Shown here piece by piece: positions 1 to 11,044 of a DNA stretch of 33,103 nt (position 1 is the stretch's first letter; each line of letters opens with the position of its first letter). The translations under genes were made by a program, and so were the position numbers. The notes beneath the pieces were generated by a model, which saw only the letters and a list, made by a program, of their open reading frames with translations, was not told the DNA's origin and did not search any database. The stretch is from positions 24,826,331 to 24,859,433 of the forward strand of contig NC_057718.1 in NCBI RefSeq assembly GCF_004010195.1, read 5' to 3'. This DNA is from Chiloscyllium plagiosum. Taxonomy: Eukaryota.

Positions 1-255
1 CCCTCTCCTCCCTGACCTATCACCTTCATCTCCTCCCCCACTCACCCATTGTACTCTATGCTACTTTCTCCTCACCCCCACCCTCCTCTAGCTTATCTCT
101 CCACGCTTCAGGCTCACTGCCTTTATTCCTGATGAAGAGCTTTTGCTCGAAACGTCGATTTCGCTGCTCGTTGGATGCTGCCTGAACTGCTGTGCTCTTC
201 CAGCACCACTGATCCAGAATCTGGTTTCCAGCATCTGCAGACATTGTTTTTACCC
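1..255 (+). mobile_element. Penelope-like element 3' terminus / pseudo-LTR
   Basis: C-rich tract, then CTGATGAagagcttttgctcGAAACGTCgatt...ggatgctgcctgaactgctgtgctcttccagcacc...ccagcatctgcag. The same terminus follows a GIY-YIG coding fragment at 21365-21712. Confidence 0.8.
129..156 (+). ncRNA. Minimal hammerhead-ribozyme-like motif (Penelope type)
   Basis: CUGAUGA 129-135, extra A, stem II GAGC/uuuu/GCUC, GAAA 149-152, palindromic ACGU and GUC triplet. Stem I is weak. Confidence 0.6.
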
Positions 256-834
256 AGTTCAGGGTTAAAGCTGAGTGGTAAATTCTGTAATGTTCTAGTT
301 AAGAAAAAAAATTCATTTATAAAGAAAGAACTCGTGGAAAGTCAGTCCAGTGGACCAGAGAAAAGAAGAGAAGGAATGGGCACAGGTCGCTGATCAAGTT
401 TTTTGACTCTTGGTGAAAACAAAATTCACAAGTTCCTCAAATTTCTCATTGGAGACAAGAATGGAGGAGCGAGGTGAGGGGAGTTTAAGAACAGGGTTGC
501 ATGGAAAGGAAAAGCCAGGGATTCCCTTTGCATTCCAGAATTATCCTGGAATTGTAATCTGTTTTCACAGAAAAATAAACTGATCCATCTCCCACTGCAA
601 TAGCATCCTTATCCAAGCAGAACAACAGTTAGTATAAACATGGATGTCCCCTCAACAGTTACCCAATCAGCTGATTTCTGTTCACAAACATATATTCCTG
701 AAGATATTTTTATCCAGCAACAAAATGACAGCCCTGAAATTGAACGTCTTAGTTTTGAGGATTTGCCAATTGCAAAGATGAATTAAGACTAATATTCAAA
801 ATTAGAGCATCATAATTGAAAACCAACATGCTAC

Positions 835-990
835 TGTTGCAGTGTACACATAACAAAATGGATATGCAGGTGAATCCAAATATTTCCTATATTACAATAC
901 TTCAAACTTACTTCATTGGCTGTTAACCAAACTTGAATATGCCAAGCTCATGAATGCGGTCTTACTTTATAAATACAAAACCTTTTTCTC
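835..990 (+). mobile_element. Decayed DeuSINE/SacSINE1-like 3' remnant
   Basis: tttcctatattacaatacttcaaacttacttcattggctgt...tataaatacaaaacctttttc resembles my recollection of the shark DeuSINE 3' part. Highly diverged. Confidence 0.35.
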
Positions 991-1064
991 AATTGTATCA
1001 CTTCAAAACTTTCTTGTGATATTAAACTTGGAGGATTTGCAAAAACCTGGGCAATATGAACCCA

Positions 1065-1397
1065 GGGTAGCACAGTGGCTAGTACAGCTGTCTCACAACA
1101 CCAGGGCTCCAAGTTTGATTCCAGCCTTGGGTGACTATCTTTGTGGAGTTTGCACATTCTTGCTGTGTCTGTGTGGATTTGCTCTGGTTTCCTCCCACAA
1201 TCCAAAGATGTTAGGTGAATTGGCCATGCTAAATTGCCCATAGTGTTCAGGAATGTATAGGTTAGGTGCATTAGTCAGGGGTAAATGTAGAATAATAGGG
1301 TAGGGCAATGGGTTTGGGTGGGTTGCTCTTTGGAAGGTTGGTGTGAACTTGTTGGGCCTAATGGCCTGTTTTCACACTGTAGGAATTCTCTTCTATG
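1065..1397 (+). mobile_element. HE1-type tRNA-derived V-SINE
   Basis: tRNA-like head, V-domain tgtggagtttgcacattct...tcccacaatccaaagatg, CR1-like tail ggcctgttttcacactgtagg. Matches the other copies in the window. Confidence 0.85.
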
Positions 1398-1419
1398 AAT
1401 GAGTCATATGAATTTGTGA

Positions 1420-1700
1420 TGGCATGATGGCTCAGTGGTTAGTGCTACTGCCTCATAGTGCCAGGCATCTGGGTTCAATTCCAACCTCAGGTGACTGTCT
1501 GTGTGAAGTTTGCACATACTCCCTGTGTCTGTGTGGGTTTGGTCTGCTTTTCCTCTCACAATCCAAAGATGTGTAGGTTAGATAAATTGGCCTTGCTGAA
1601 TTGCCCATAGTGTTCATGCATGTGCAGTCGAGGTGGATACGCTGTGGGAAAGGGTGGGTCTGGTGGGATGATAAGCTCTTTTTATGAGCTGACAATGGAA
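1420..1700 (+). mobile_element. HE1-type SINE (second copy, adjacent to the first)
   Basis: A box tggctcagtgg, B box gggttcaattcc, V-domain. 3' end diverged. Confidence 0.8.
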
Positions 1701-1970
1701 GGGCAGGAGTAAACATACAAATGGTTTTGGTCAAGAGATGTAGGAGAAACATTTGGAAGAAACTTTTTTACATAGTGAGTCCTAATGACCTGAATCTCAT
1801 TGCCCATGATGGTGGTGGTCGCAGGCATTATTAATGATTTCAGAAGGAACCTGGATGGGCACTTGGAAGGAATAAAACTGCAGGGCCACATGGATTGACT
1901 GGGCATGTGGGACTGACAGAATTCCTCTGCGACAAGCCAGCATGGATTTGATGGGTTTCCTTCTGTGTCA
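1701..1970 (+). mobile_element. Old CR1 LINE 3' fragment
   Basis: Decayed KNFFT..(W)N.LPMMVVVAGIINDFRRNLDGHL, the CR1 ORF2 C-terminus (compare ORF 23996-24406). Confidence 0.6.
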
Positions 1971-3371
1971 AAATAGACCCTTTGCCTGGAGCTTCACTCC
2001 TCAGTCATATAGCATGAAGATGGGAAATTTCCTGACTCAGCGCATCTGATGGAGGGAGTGGTGTTGTGGAGATGGGACTGGTGAAAAAATGGGGTTTATC
2101 ACACCGACGCGCACTTTGGAGATGGCTACAGGAACCAATGAGTACGTCCTTCCTCTGGACTTTGTTTAATTTTGTTAAATATTCACTAGCTTTACTAGCC
2201 CTTACCCCATACCTCATTCCCCTATTCTTTTAAGTTGTGGTCAGTAGTCAACCAGTAATAATGATAGCTCTTGGGGTCATGTCAACAAACAGTTATTATA
2301 ACTACTGGAACAATTTTCCTCATCTCTCATTGATACAAAAAAGATTTCTTTTTAATTTTAAAGGGCTGACAATTTAAATAATACAACAGTTTGACAGCTC
2401 TATAAAATCATTCATTTATCAAGAGCATTTATGACTACACTGAAAATCTGTAATTTCCAATGATAGCTAAGGTCCTTGTTACAGTGAACTTGGGATATGT
2501 TTGAACTTAGCAGTGTGTTCAAATGGCCATGTTGAGATCAGGATTCCTGCATGAGTCAGTCATGCCCTGCTCCCTTTCCTTTAATTTGAAAAAATGGGAG
2601 CTGTTAGAAATGGCTGTGGTACTTCCCAATCCAGATCCCAGCTGTCAAGTCTGAAGGTCAGTGGAGTCTCAAGACTATGGCTATCTGGACCTATGACTAA
2701 ACTGTTTACAGACAAGGAATATGTTCAAGTCAAATTCATATGATTTCCAAATATTTAGCATGGTGTATTAACATCGGACATAACAACTGAGAAGCAAATT
2801 AAACTGATCCTGAGAACTGTACCTCCAAAAGCACAGAAATGATCCTTGTCGGTTTACTGGTCAAGCACAACTGAACTTGTCAATCTCGCTGCTCGGGTTA
2901 TACATGAAACACAATACGGAGCTAAATACCCTGGGCTTTGGAAATCCTGATGACACACATAATGAAGTTGAATGCTAATATCACAGAAGAGATACAGTAT
3001 CAAACTACAATACTGAATAAATAGTGCAAGATTGTGCCAATATCTATACTCGAGAACTACAACTTAGAGTGACTGATCGGCATATCAACATTGAAGCATT
3101 TTTCAGGCACTATAGGTGCACGATATCATTGTTTTTACATGATGGCGGTTCTGCCAACTTTGAATTTTTCTGATAATCAGACTAATCAGTTTCCAATATT
3201 TTTATTTTAAGTCTGACTTGATTTCACAGGTTACAGTCAGGAGCATGTCTGGTGGTAAAGTTCTCTCCCGGGCACTGGGAAGCGATTATCGGTGATATCT
3301 TTCTAATCTGCAGCCTCAGGACTTCGCCATTGCCCAACTAGAGAATTTTCTAGACCACAGGAGGTCGTGTG

Positions 3372-4935
3372 TCACAAAACACTGAACAGTACAGAATGGG
3401 AATAGGCCCTTTGACCCATTATGTCTGCACCAACCATGATGCCAGCCTAAACTAATCCCATGTGCCTGCACATGTTCTGTACCCTTCTATTCTCTGCCTG
3501 TTATTGTGTCTGTCTAAGTGTCTCTTAAATGTTGCTAACATATCTGCTTCTAGCACCTCCCATGATAGTACATTCCAGGTACTACCAGCCTCTGCATAGG
3601 CACCTATCAGCCTCTGCATAAAACCTTGCCTCACACATCACCTTTACATTTTCCCCCTCTCATCTTAAACCTATGTCCCTGAGTATTTAACATTTCCACC
3701 CAGTGAAGCAGACTCTGGTTATTCACCCTATCCACGCCTCTCATAATTTTCTACATTTCTGTCAAGTTGCCCTAACACTCCAGTGAAAACAATCCAAGTT
3801 TATTCAACATCTCCTTATAGCTTTTACACTCCAATCTAGGCAACATCTGGTAAGCCTCTTTTGCACCCTCTCCAAAATCTCCACATCCTTCCTATAGTTT
3901 GGCAACTAGAATGGCACACAATACTTCAAATATGGCATAACTAAAGCTTTATACAACTGCAGCATAACTTGCCAACGTTTACACTCAGTGCCTTGACTGA
4001 TAAAGGCAAGCATGCCATTTGATTTCTTTACCACCTTATTCGCTTGTGTTGCCACTTTCAGTGAGCTATGAATTTGGACTCCAAGATCCCTCTGTATATC
4101 AATGTTCCGAAGCATCCTGACATTTGCTATATACAGAGGAACCTCGAATATCCGAAGGACATGGGCGGGGAGCATTTCGTTCGGTTAATCAAATGCCACA
4201 TATTCGAATGCCAGATCACATAGGTTAGCCAAGCATCGGGGCCTTGTGTTCTTGCCAGATGATATGAAATTTGGATAATCGAATGCCGGATAGTTGAGGT
4301 TCCTCTGTACTTTCCTCTTGCATTTGACCTCCCAAACGCATCACCTCACATTTGTCGGGATTAACCTTCATCTGTCATTACTCTGCTCAACTTTCCAACA
4401 GATCTATATCTTGCTGTATCCTTCGTTAACCTTTGTCACTATCCACATTTCCATCAATTCTGCACACTTACTAATCAGACCACCTACATATTCATCAAAA
4501 CCATTTATAGACATTACAAACAACAGAGGTCGCAGCACTGATTCTTGCAGAATACCAGTTATCTAGCTCTAGTTAGAAAAGCACCCTATGACCAAGCCAA
4601 TTTTGTATTCAACTTACCAACTCACCAAGGATCCTACAAAACCTAATCTTCTGCTTTAGTAAAGTCCATGTAGACAACATCCACTGCCACATCGATCATC
4701 TTCATCTTTTTGTCAAAACCTCAGTCAAATTTGTGAGACAAGACCACCCCTGCCCAAAGCTATACTGGCTATCCCCAATAAGTCAATTATTGTCCAAATG
4801 CAAGTAAATCATGTCCCTAAGAATCCTGATCAATAATTTTCCTATCACTGATGTAAGGTTTACCAGCCTATAATCTCCTGGATTATGCTTTTCTGAAACA
4901 AAGGAACAACATTGGTTATTCTCCAGTCTTCTGGG
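3372..4935 (-). mobile_element. CR1/HER1 LINE, RT and 3' end, interrupted by a MITE
   Basis: Minus-strand ORFs QRDLGVQIHSSLKVATQANKVVKKSNGMLAFI...VMLQLYKALVMPYLKYCV and TWNVL...TFKRHLDRH. Confidence 0.9.
4134..4307. mobile_element. Tc1/mariner (Tigger/pogo-like) MITE, 174 bp
   Basis: TIRs CAGAGGAACCTC...GAGGTTCCTCTG, TA target duplication at 4132-4133 and 4308-4309, inserted inside a CR1. Confidence 0.85.
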
Positions 4936-5119
4936 AGAGTTAGAGTCAGAATGGAAGATGTGATACCAATCCCTTCCCTATTACCTTCTTCTCCCCAACT
5001 CCTTTACAGTTGTTATTGATGGAAACTCTAGTCGCCGTGTTTTAATCAGTCTTTACAGCAGTTAAATATTTACACATATTGTTGCTGCAATATAGAATGC
5101 AAGAAGCACTGAGCTGAGA

Positions 5120-5773
5120 AGCTGAGATGGAAAGTATCAAAAGCGTTAAGTTCCCAGAAGTGATAATAAGCAACAATCTGTCTTGGACCACCAACACCTC
5201 TTCTTCCTCAGGCAGCTCAGGAAATTTGACATGTCCACAAGGATTGTCAAAAATTTCTACAGATTCACCACAGAAAGCATTCTATCCGGATGCATTATGG
5301 GGGCCTGGTATGGCAATTGCTCTGCCCAGGACCATAAGAAACTAGATAAAGTTGTGTGCACAGCCCACACCATCAGTGAAGCCAACCTCCCATCCATGGA
5401 CTCCATTTACACTTCACATTGCCACAGAAAGGCTGCCATCATCATCAAAACCCCATCCTATCTTGGTAATGCTCTCGTCATATCTCTTCCATCAGGCAGA
5501 AGATACAGAAGCTTGAACACATGCACCAACAAGTTCAAGGACAGCTTCTTCCCTGCTGGTAATACACTGCGGAGTGAAGTTCTCTAATTTCAAAGCTAAT
5601 GTTGACCTTGCTTTGTGCATCTCCTGTGCAGCAAAAAACCTTGTATGCCTTGCTCTGTCTGAGCACCCTATGATCTGTATGTCCTCATTTGCTCTGATCT
5701 GCCTGTACTGCTCACAAAACAAACCATTTCACTGCACGTGACAACGATATATCAAATCAAATCAAACCAAATC
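5120..5773 (+). mobile_element. Rex1/Babar-type LINE 3' end
   Basis: ORF 5183-5587 LFFLRQLRKF...FYRFTTESILSGCI..WYGNCSAQDHKKL...LPSGRRYRSL...KFKDSFFP (Rex1 RT C-terminus), followed by an (AATCA)n tail near 5752-5773. Confidence 0.85.
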
Positions 5774-5807
5774 TGAAGGCCCCTTGACAAATGGGAGGTC
5801 CATGTTC

Positions 5808-5942
5808 CAGATTGGATTAGATTAGATTAGATTAGATTAGATTAGATTAGATTACTTACAGTGTGGAAACAGGCCCTTCAGCCCAATAAATCCACACTGA
5901 CCTGCCAAAGTGCAACCCACCCAGATCCATTCCCCTACATTT
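5808..5942 (-). mobile_element. 5'-truncated HE1/HER1 3' tail with expanded (ATTAG)n microsatellite
   Basis: About 8 ATTAG units at 5811-5850, then cagtgtggaaacaggcccttcagccc, the reverse of the HE1 tail. Confidence 0.8.
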
Positions 5943-6850
5943 CATGGAGCTTTCTTATTCAGAGAGACAGTGGATGTTGGACTTTACTAAAGCATCATGT
6001 AGGCTGGGTTTAAGAGATTTGTAGACCTTTTGGAAGGAAAGCTTAGCTTGTCTTATGAATAAAAATAGACATTTTATTGGCACCACTATGCATAATCAGT
6101 CAGTATACTGTGACCATGATCTCTCTTCAGTCGTTTTTGACTTGTTAACTGTTGGGATATCTGGTCCTTGGATTTTAAAAACCAACACCTACTGAGTGAG
6201 TAGGAGTAAAATTCAAAGTCAGAAATTGCATTGGTAGAAATTAACATGAAAGGACAATGAGGTGATAGATAACTGGCAGATGCAGTCAATGCTCAAGATG
6301 AACACGTAGGCACAAAACTGTTTCGGCAAGTTATGAGGTTGCAGGCAATCAAAAGGTGATAATCACAAAGGATTTTAATATCTCTTAGGAAATGTGTTAA
6401 GGCAAGAATAACAAAATGGAAGAAAGCACTGAAAAATCAGAACCAATTATTGATTTGCTAAAATAATTTCAAGTAGAGAGCTATGTCTAGTACTATTCTA
6501 CATTAAAAAAACAGAAAATACTGAAAGTTGATCAAAAAGTCCAATAATTTCTGAAAGAAGAAAGGTTCACATCTTGGTGTGATTCCAAATTTGCTGAGGT
6601 TACACTCGCTTGTGACTGTCAGTTTCTTACAGATTTAGCCAGTCAGAGAGTGAGAATATCTCAATATCATGACACAGACAGGTACAAACACCCTTTAAAC
6701 AGAGTTCATTTTTTGCATTTAGGAGAGATTGTCCACAAATACCTCAACAACCTTCTTTATTCCAGTATGAGTCCAATTGGTTCCTGAATAAGACAGTTGC
6801 TTTTTTGTTTCAAGAATTTTCCAATTTTCTGCTTTCAGGAATCCAGATTG

Positions 6851-7016
6851 CAGAGGAACCTCGATTATCCAGCATTCGAATATCCAAATTTTGGCTTACG
6901 CTGGAAAGATTGCAAAGTCCTGATGCTTGGCTGAACAGTGTCATCCGGCATTCGATTATCCAAACATTTGATTATCCGACTTAGTACTCCCTGCCTGAAT
7001 AGCGAAGGTTCCTCTG
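6851..7016. mobile_element. Second copy of the same MITE, opposite orientation
   Basis: CAGAGGAACCTCGATTATCC...GGTTCCTCTG followed by TA. Internal tgatgcttggctga is the near reverse complement of ttagccaagcatcg in copy 1. Confidence 0.8.
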
Positions 7017-7804
7017 TACCTGACTGGCTTAGAACACCTCAGAAAGCTCTTTGTGGACTAGTAATGCTGAGCTCACAAGGATTATCCCCCTCCAACTTCA
7101 TGTCATGTACCAGAATCCTCATAGTGAACAGTAACTTTAAAAAGAATTAAGGAATCCAACACTGAAACCTAGGACAAACAATGGACAAGATTTCACATTG
7201 CGACTGTTTTATAAACCAACATTCCAAAATTTGAACTGAAATCCAAACATTAGTTAACAGGGAAAAAACGTTTGACACAAAAAGATGACATGCTTCACTT
7301 GGCTATAAGCATTCATTATTTCCCACACGAATGAGATGCTACAATTTTTCCAACATTGGTTTATACTTTGGGAATTTCTAATTTCCTCTGTAATTGTTTC
7401 AGTCCTTGAGTTACTTTACACAGCAGCAGTATTCTATCTTAAGTGCCCAAGCAAGGTTACCATCAATAAAGCACGCATGCCTCTCTCACTTGATCTCTCA
7501 TGACAATACAGATGGCACAGAATCTCTCCTCTTTGACCATTTTAAACAATCTCTTCAGCTCCAGCATCATTGAGTCTTGCCAAACCATAAGTTGTTGTCT
7601 TTACTGTCTTCATCTCTCTCATCCGTTCAAATAAATGTCGTAACAGAGTGTCTGCTCTACTCTCAGAGACCTGAATCACCACCAAGGTGTATTCTGAGAC
7701 TGCTAAACAGATAATAACTCTATTCAGTGAGAATCTTTCTTAGTTCCCCTTCACATGAATTTTGCAGAAGAGCATTTGACTGGTTAGGGGGAGCTTGACA
7801 TTTA

Positions 7805-7995
7805 AAGGTAAAAAAAGTCACCACAGTCCCATGAGACAACAGGCAGTGAGTTTACCCTGAGGGTCACCTCACCTCAGGTATGGAGTGAGGTCAAGAAGGT
7901 GGGACCTTCAAGGTGACATCAGCCAGCATTGGAATTGAACCCATGATGTTGGTGTTACTCTGTATTAGAGGCCATTTAGCCAACAGAGCTAACCA
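7805..7995 (-). mobile_element. tRNA-derived SINE (non-HE1 family)
   Basis: Minus strand ggttagctctgttgg (A-box-like)...gggttcaattcc (B box)...cctgaggtgaggtgaccctcagggtaaac...gggactgtggtgactttt. Confidence 0.6.
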
Positions 7996-8329
7996 AGTAG
8001 GAGTTTTCAATCTAATCCAACTTTTAAAAAATGTAGTTTCGCTTCTCATCCCCAACAATACAGCTTTCGTGCTCTTCAGATCCCTATCCCTGTCACATCA
8101 TTAAACATCCCATTCTTCGGTCCCCATCCCTGGCCTCTTGTGCTGACTCCCAGATCTCACTTAGCTGATGGACACTACAATGTCAGCAGCAACTACTGAC
8201 TTCTTACATCTAGATATCCAACCATGTTGGCTCTATTAAAGCCACGAGACATAATATCAGGAAGTCTTAGGCCTCACCAGTAGATAATGTATATAATATC
8301 TAAACATATATTGAAATTCAACCTCAAAC

Positions 8330-8530
8330 ACTTTCTCAGGGCTCCTGCTGAACAGACATAGCAATCTGTGGAGAGAATTAAGATTCAACTCCAATGATAC
8401 CTCTTCTTCGCTCCAAGGACAATCATTAGACTTGAAACATTAACTGAATTTCTCTCTCCTCAGATGCTGTCGGACCTACTGAGTTTCTCCAGCACTTCAT
8501 TTGTGTTTCTGATTTCCAGTAACTTCCAGT
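8330..8530. mobile_element. Degenerate inverted pair of Penelope-like termini
   Basis: gcaatctgtggagaga on the left arm versus gaaacattaactgaatttctctctcctcagatgctgtcggacctactgagtttctccagcac on the right arm. Hammerhead core decayed. Confidence 0.55.
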
Positions 8531-9309
8531 AACTTCAGATTGCTTCAGATGAGACCAACCCAACCTTTTCACAAGTCTCAATGGTAGTTCTCTACCACTA
8601 CCAAAGGAAATAGAGGCATTTGCAAATATTAACGATAATAATAATAAATAATTTACCATGCAATGGGACCACTGAAAACTGCAGAGAACAACTCTGCTCC
8701 TACTATACTACTACCAATTAATTTTGGGTGTTCAAGAGATTATAGTAATTTATCACAATTTTTGTAAAGTAATGAAAGCAATTATATTGAAACATGATGC
8801 ACACCTGAGCTTAGGCATCAGATATTTGCCACTGACTTTGCACTCAGGAAGGTCACCTCATCCACCATTGCACTACTATTGAGACTGGGTACATTTAGTT
8901 CCCATCACTGCAGATTAAGGGTGTGCAGAAACAAAATATGCTCATGATGGTTTCACAATGAAACCTCAACAACAGAGTAAATTGTTATTAAAACTATGTT
9001 TCATAAAGGACCTCACTTTACTTCTACCATGAATCTTGCCTGTTGATTGATCTGACTGAGCACAAGGTTACAAGATTGTTAACCTTCCCGCAGTATTGTT
9101 AAAGTGATATTAAAATGACGCATCTATCTGGATACATGTTATGATTTTTTTCTTTTGGATTGATGTTTCCAGTTAGACCAGTCCCAGCATTTAATAGTGA
9201 AATTTGGGGAGTTTGTAAAGGGTGTAGGGAAATACAAGTTCACAATCTATGAATGATATGTAATATGCAATATAAATATATTAATTAATTGCACAACAAT
9301 CTTTGCTCC

Positions 9310-9860
9310 ATTAAGACAATGGAAATGATTAGTTGATCTGAACGGAAACAGAAACATTTTCCACGCTGAGGCAGAAATGGGAAAAAAATTACTGAGATCT
9401 GAAAAATTATATTTCAAGGCTCTAGTGTAGCAGAGAACTGGACAATGGGTAATGTTGTAATGAACTATTGCAGGGAGAAAGAGCTTATCCAGTTAATTAC
9501 AGGTAATTTTACATCTGTGGTAGACTGTAATCAAGGAGGATATGTTCATGCGAAAACTAAAACGCTTTCAAATAGTAAGGATGGATTTCATGATGGACAA
9601 TCGTTTTTTTACAAACATCATGAAATTTCATATTTTGAGGAGATAACTGGGAAAGTGAAATGAGAACATTCACTGGAAATGAATTGACAAGGCATCACAT
9701 GAGATATTGTTATAGATGATTAAGAGTGTGGAATTTGATTGAGAACAGTAAATTAAACTAAAATTGGTTAGAAGGAAGAAAAGAGACTTGTTAGGTAGTG
9801 TTTCAGTAGGTAGTAATTTCTCACAGGGATCTGATCTGGGTCTGAATCAGTGTTCCATAT
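9310..9860 (+). mobile_element. Old CR1 LINE, 5' part of RT (continues at 11045)
   Basis: SKDGFHDGQSF...YFEEIT (the QHGF..GKSCLTNLLEFFEEVT motif) and cacagggatctgatctgggt (PQGSVLG). Confidence 0.65.
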
Positions 9861-11044
9861 AATGTGAATTGTGGAGCAGAATAGGCCATTCAGCCTTCTA
9901 ATTCTGTACTGCCCTTCAATGCAATCATGGCTGATCTGATCATTCCCAACTCCACATTTCTGCCTTTACCCCACAATCCTGGATTCCATTACTGATTAAA
10001 AATCTGTCTCTCTCAGCTTCAAATCCACTTAAGGGTGACACAGTGGCTAGCACTGCTGCCTCACAGCACCAGGGTCCCAGGTTTGATCCCAGCCTCGGGC
10101 GACTATCTGTGTGGAGTTTGCACGTTCTCCCTGTGTCTGCGTGGGTTTCCTCCGGGTGCTCCAGTTTCCTCCCGCAGTCCAAAGATGTGCAGTTCAAGTG
10201 AATTGGCCATGCTAAACTACCCATAATGTTAGGTGCATTAGTCAGAGAGAAATGGGTCTGGGTGGGTTACTCTTTGGAGGGTCGGTGTGGACTGGCTGGA
10301 CTGAAGGGCCTGTTTCCACACTGTAAGGAATCTAATCTTAATGACCCAGCCTCGACAGATCTGTATGGTAAAGAATTCCGCAGTTTCACTATCCTCAGAG
10401 AGAAAAAAATTCCTTCTCATCTCTCTCTTTAATGTGTGACTCTTTTTTTCTGAGATTTTGCCCTCTAGTCCCAGACTATCCCAAAAGGGCAACTTAACAT
10501 TCTGCATCCACCCTGTCAAGTTCCCAAAGGATCTTATATGTTTCAATAAGGTCAGCTTTCATTCGTCTAAACTTCAATGAATACAGGCCAATCTACTCAA
10601 CCTCTCCTGATAAGGCAGTCCCTCCTTACCTGGTATTAGGGTAGTGAGCCTTCTCAGGTCAGCCTCCAATGACAGTATATCTTTTCTTAGATATGAGGTC
10701 CAAAACCTTTTACATTATTCCAGCTATGGTCTCACTAAAGTTATGGCCTTGCATAACTTTAGTGAAACCTCTCTACTTTTGTACTCCATTCCCATTCACT
10801 TTGAAATAAAATCCAACATTCCATTTGCCTTCCTCATTACCTGCTGTTCTTGGATGCTTGTTTTTTTTTATGTTTCATTGATGAGGATGTCCAAATCGCT
10901 CTGTTCCATAGCTTTCTGCAGTCTTTCTTAACTTAGATAATAAGCAATTCCTCTATTCCTCCTGCCAAAGTGCACTATCCTGCATTTTCTCAAATTGCAT
11001 TCCATCCTCAACTTCTTGCTCCATCACTTAAACTGTGTATATCC
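9861..11044 (-). mobile_element. CR1 LINE 3' part inserted in an older CR1
   Basis: Minus-strand KREMRRNFFLSE, and the CR1 3' UTR ggagcagaataggccattcagcc. Interrupted by an HE1 SINE. Confidence 0.8.
10033..10336 (+). mobile_element. HE1-type SINE, near full length
   Basis: Head, V-domain and tail aatctaatct. Possible CTTAA duplication at 10028-10032 and 10337-10341. Confidence 0.9.

Noticed and set aside
604..786. Open frame HPYPSRTTVSIN-MDVPSTVTQSADFCSQTYIPEDIFIQQQNDSPEIERLSFEDLPIAKMN* after an AG (ATG at 640)
   Set aside because: Protein-like but short, unrecognised and without partner exons in the window. Consistent with chance; needs BLAST or RNA-seq.
948..1271. Recurring ORFs such as MGNLAWPIHL...CKLHTDS (also 9940, 14390, 17447, 29560)
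   Set aside because: These are translations of HE1 SINE copies, not a gene family.
5183..5587. 134-aa ORF as a host gene
   Set aside because: It is the Rex1/Babar RT C-terminus with a LINE tail downstream.
5811..5850. Tandem repeat as a CRISPR-like or telomere-like array
   Set aside because: Simple (ATTAG)n expansion of the HE1/HER1 3' tail, with no spacers.
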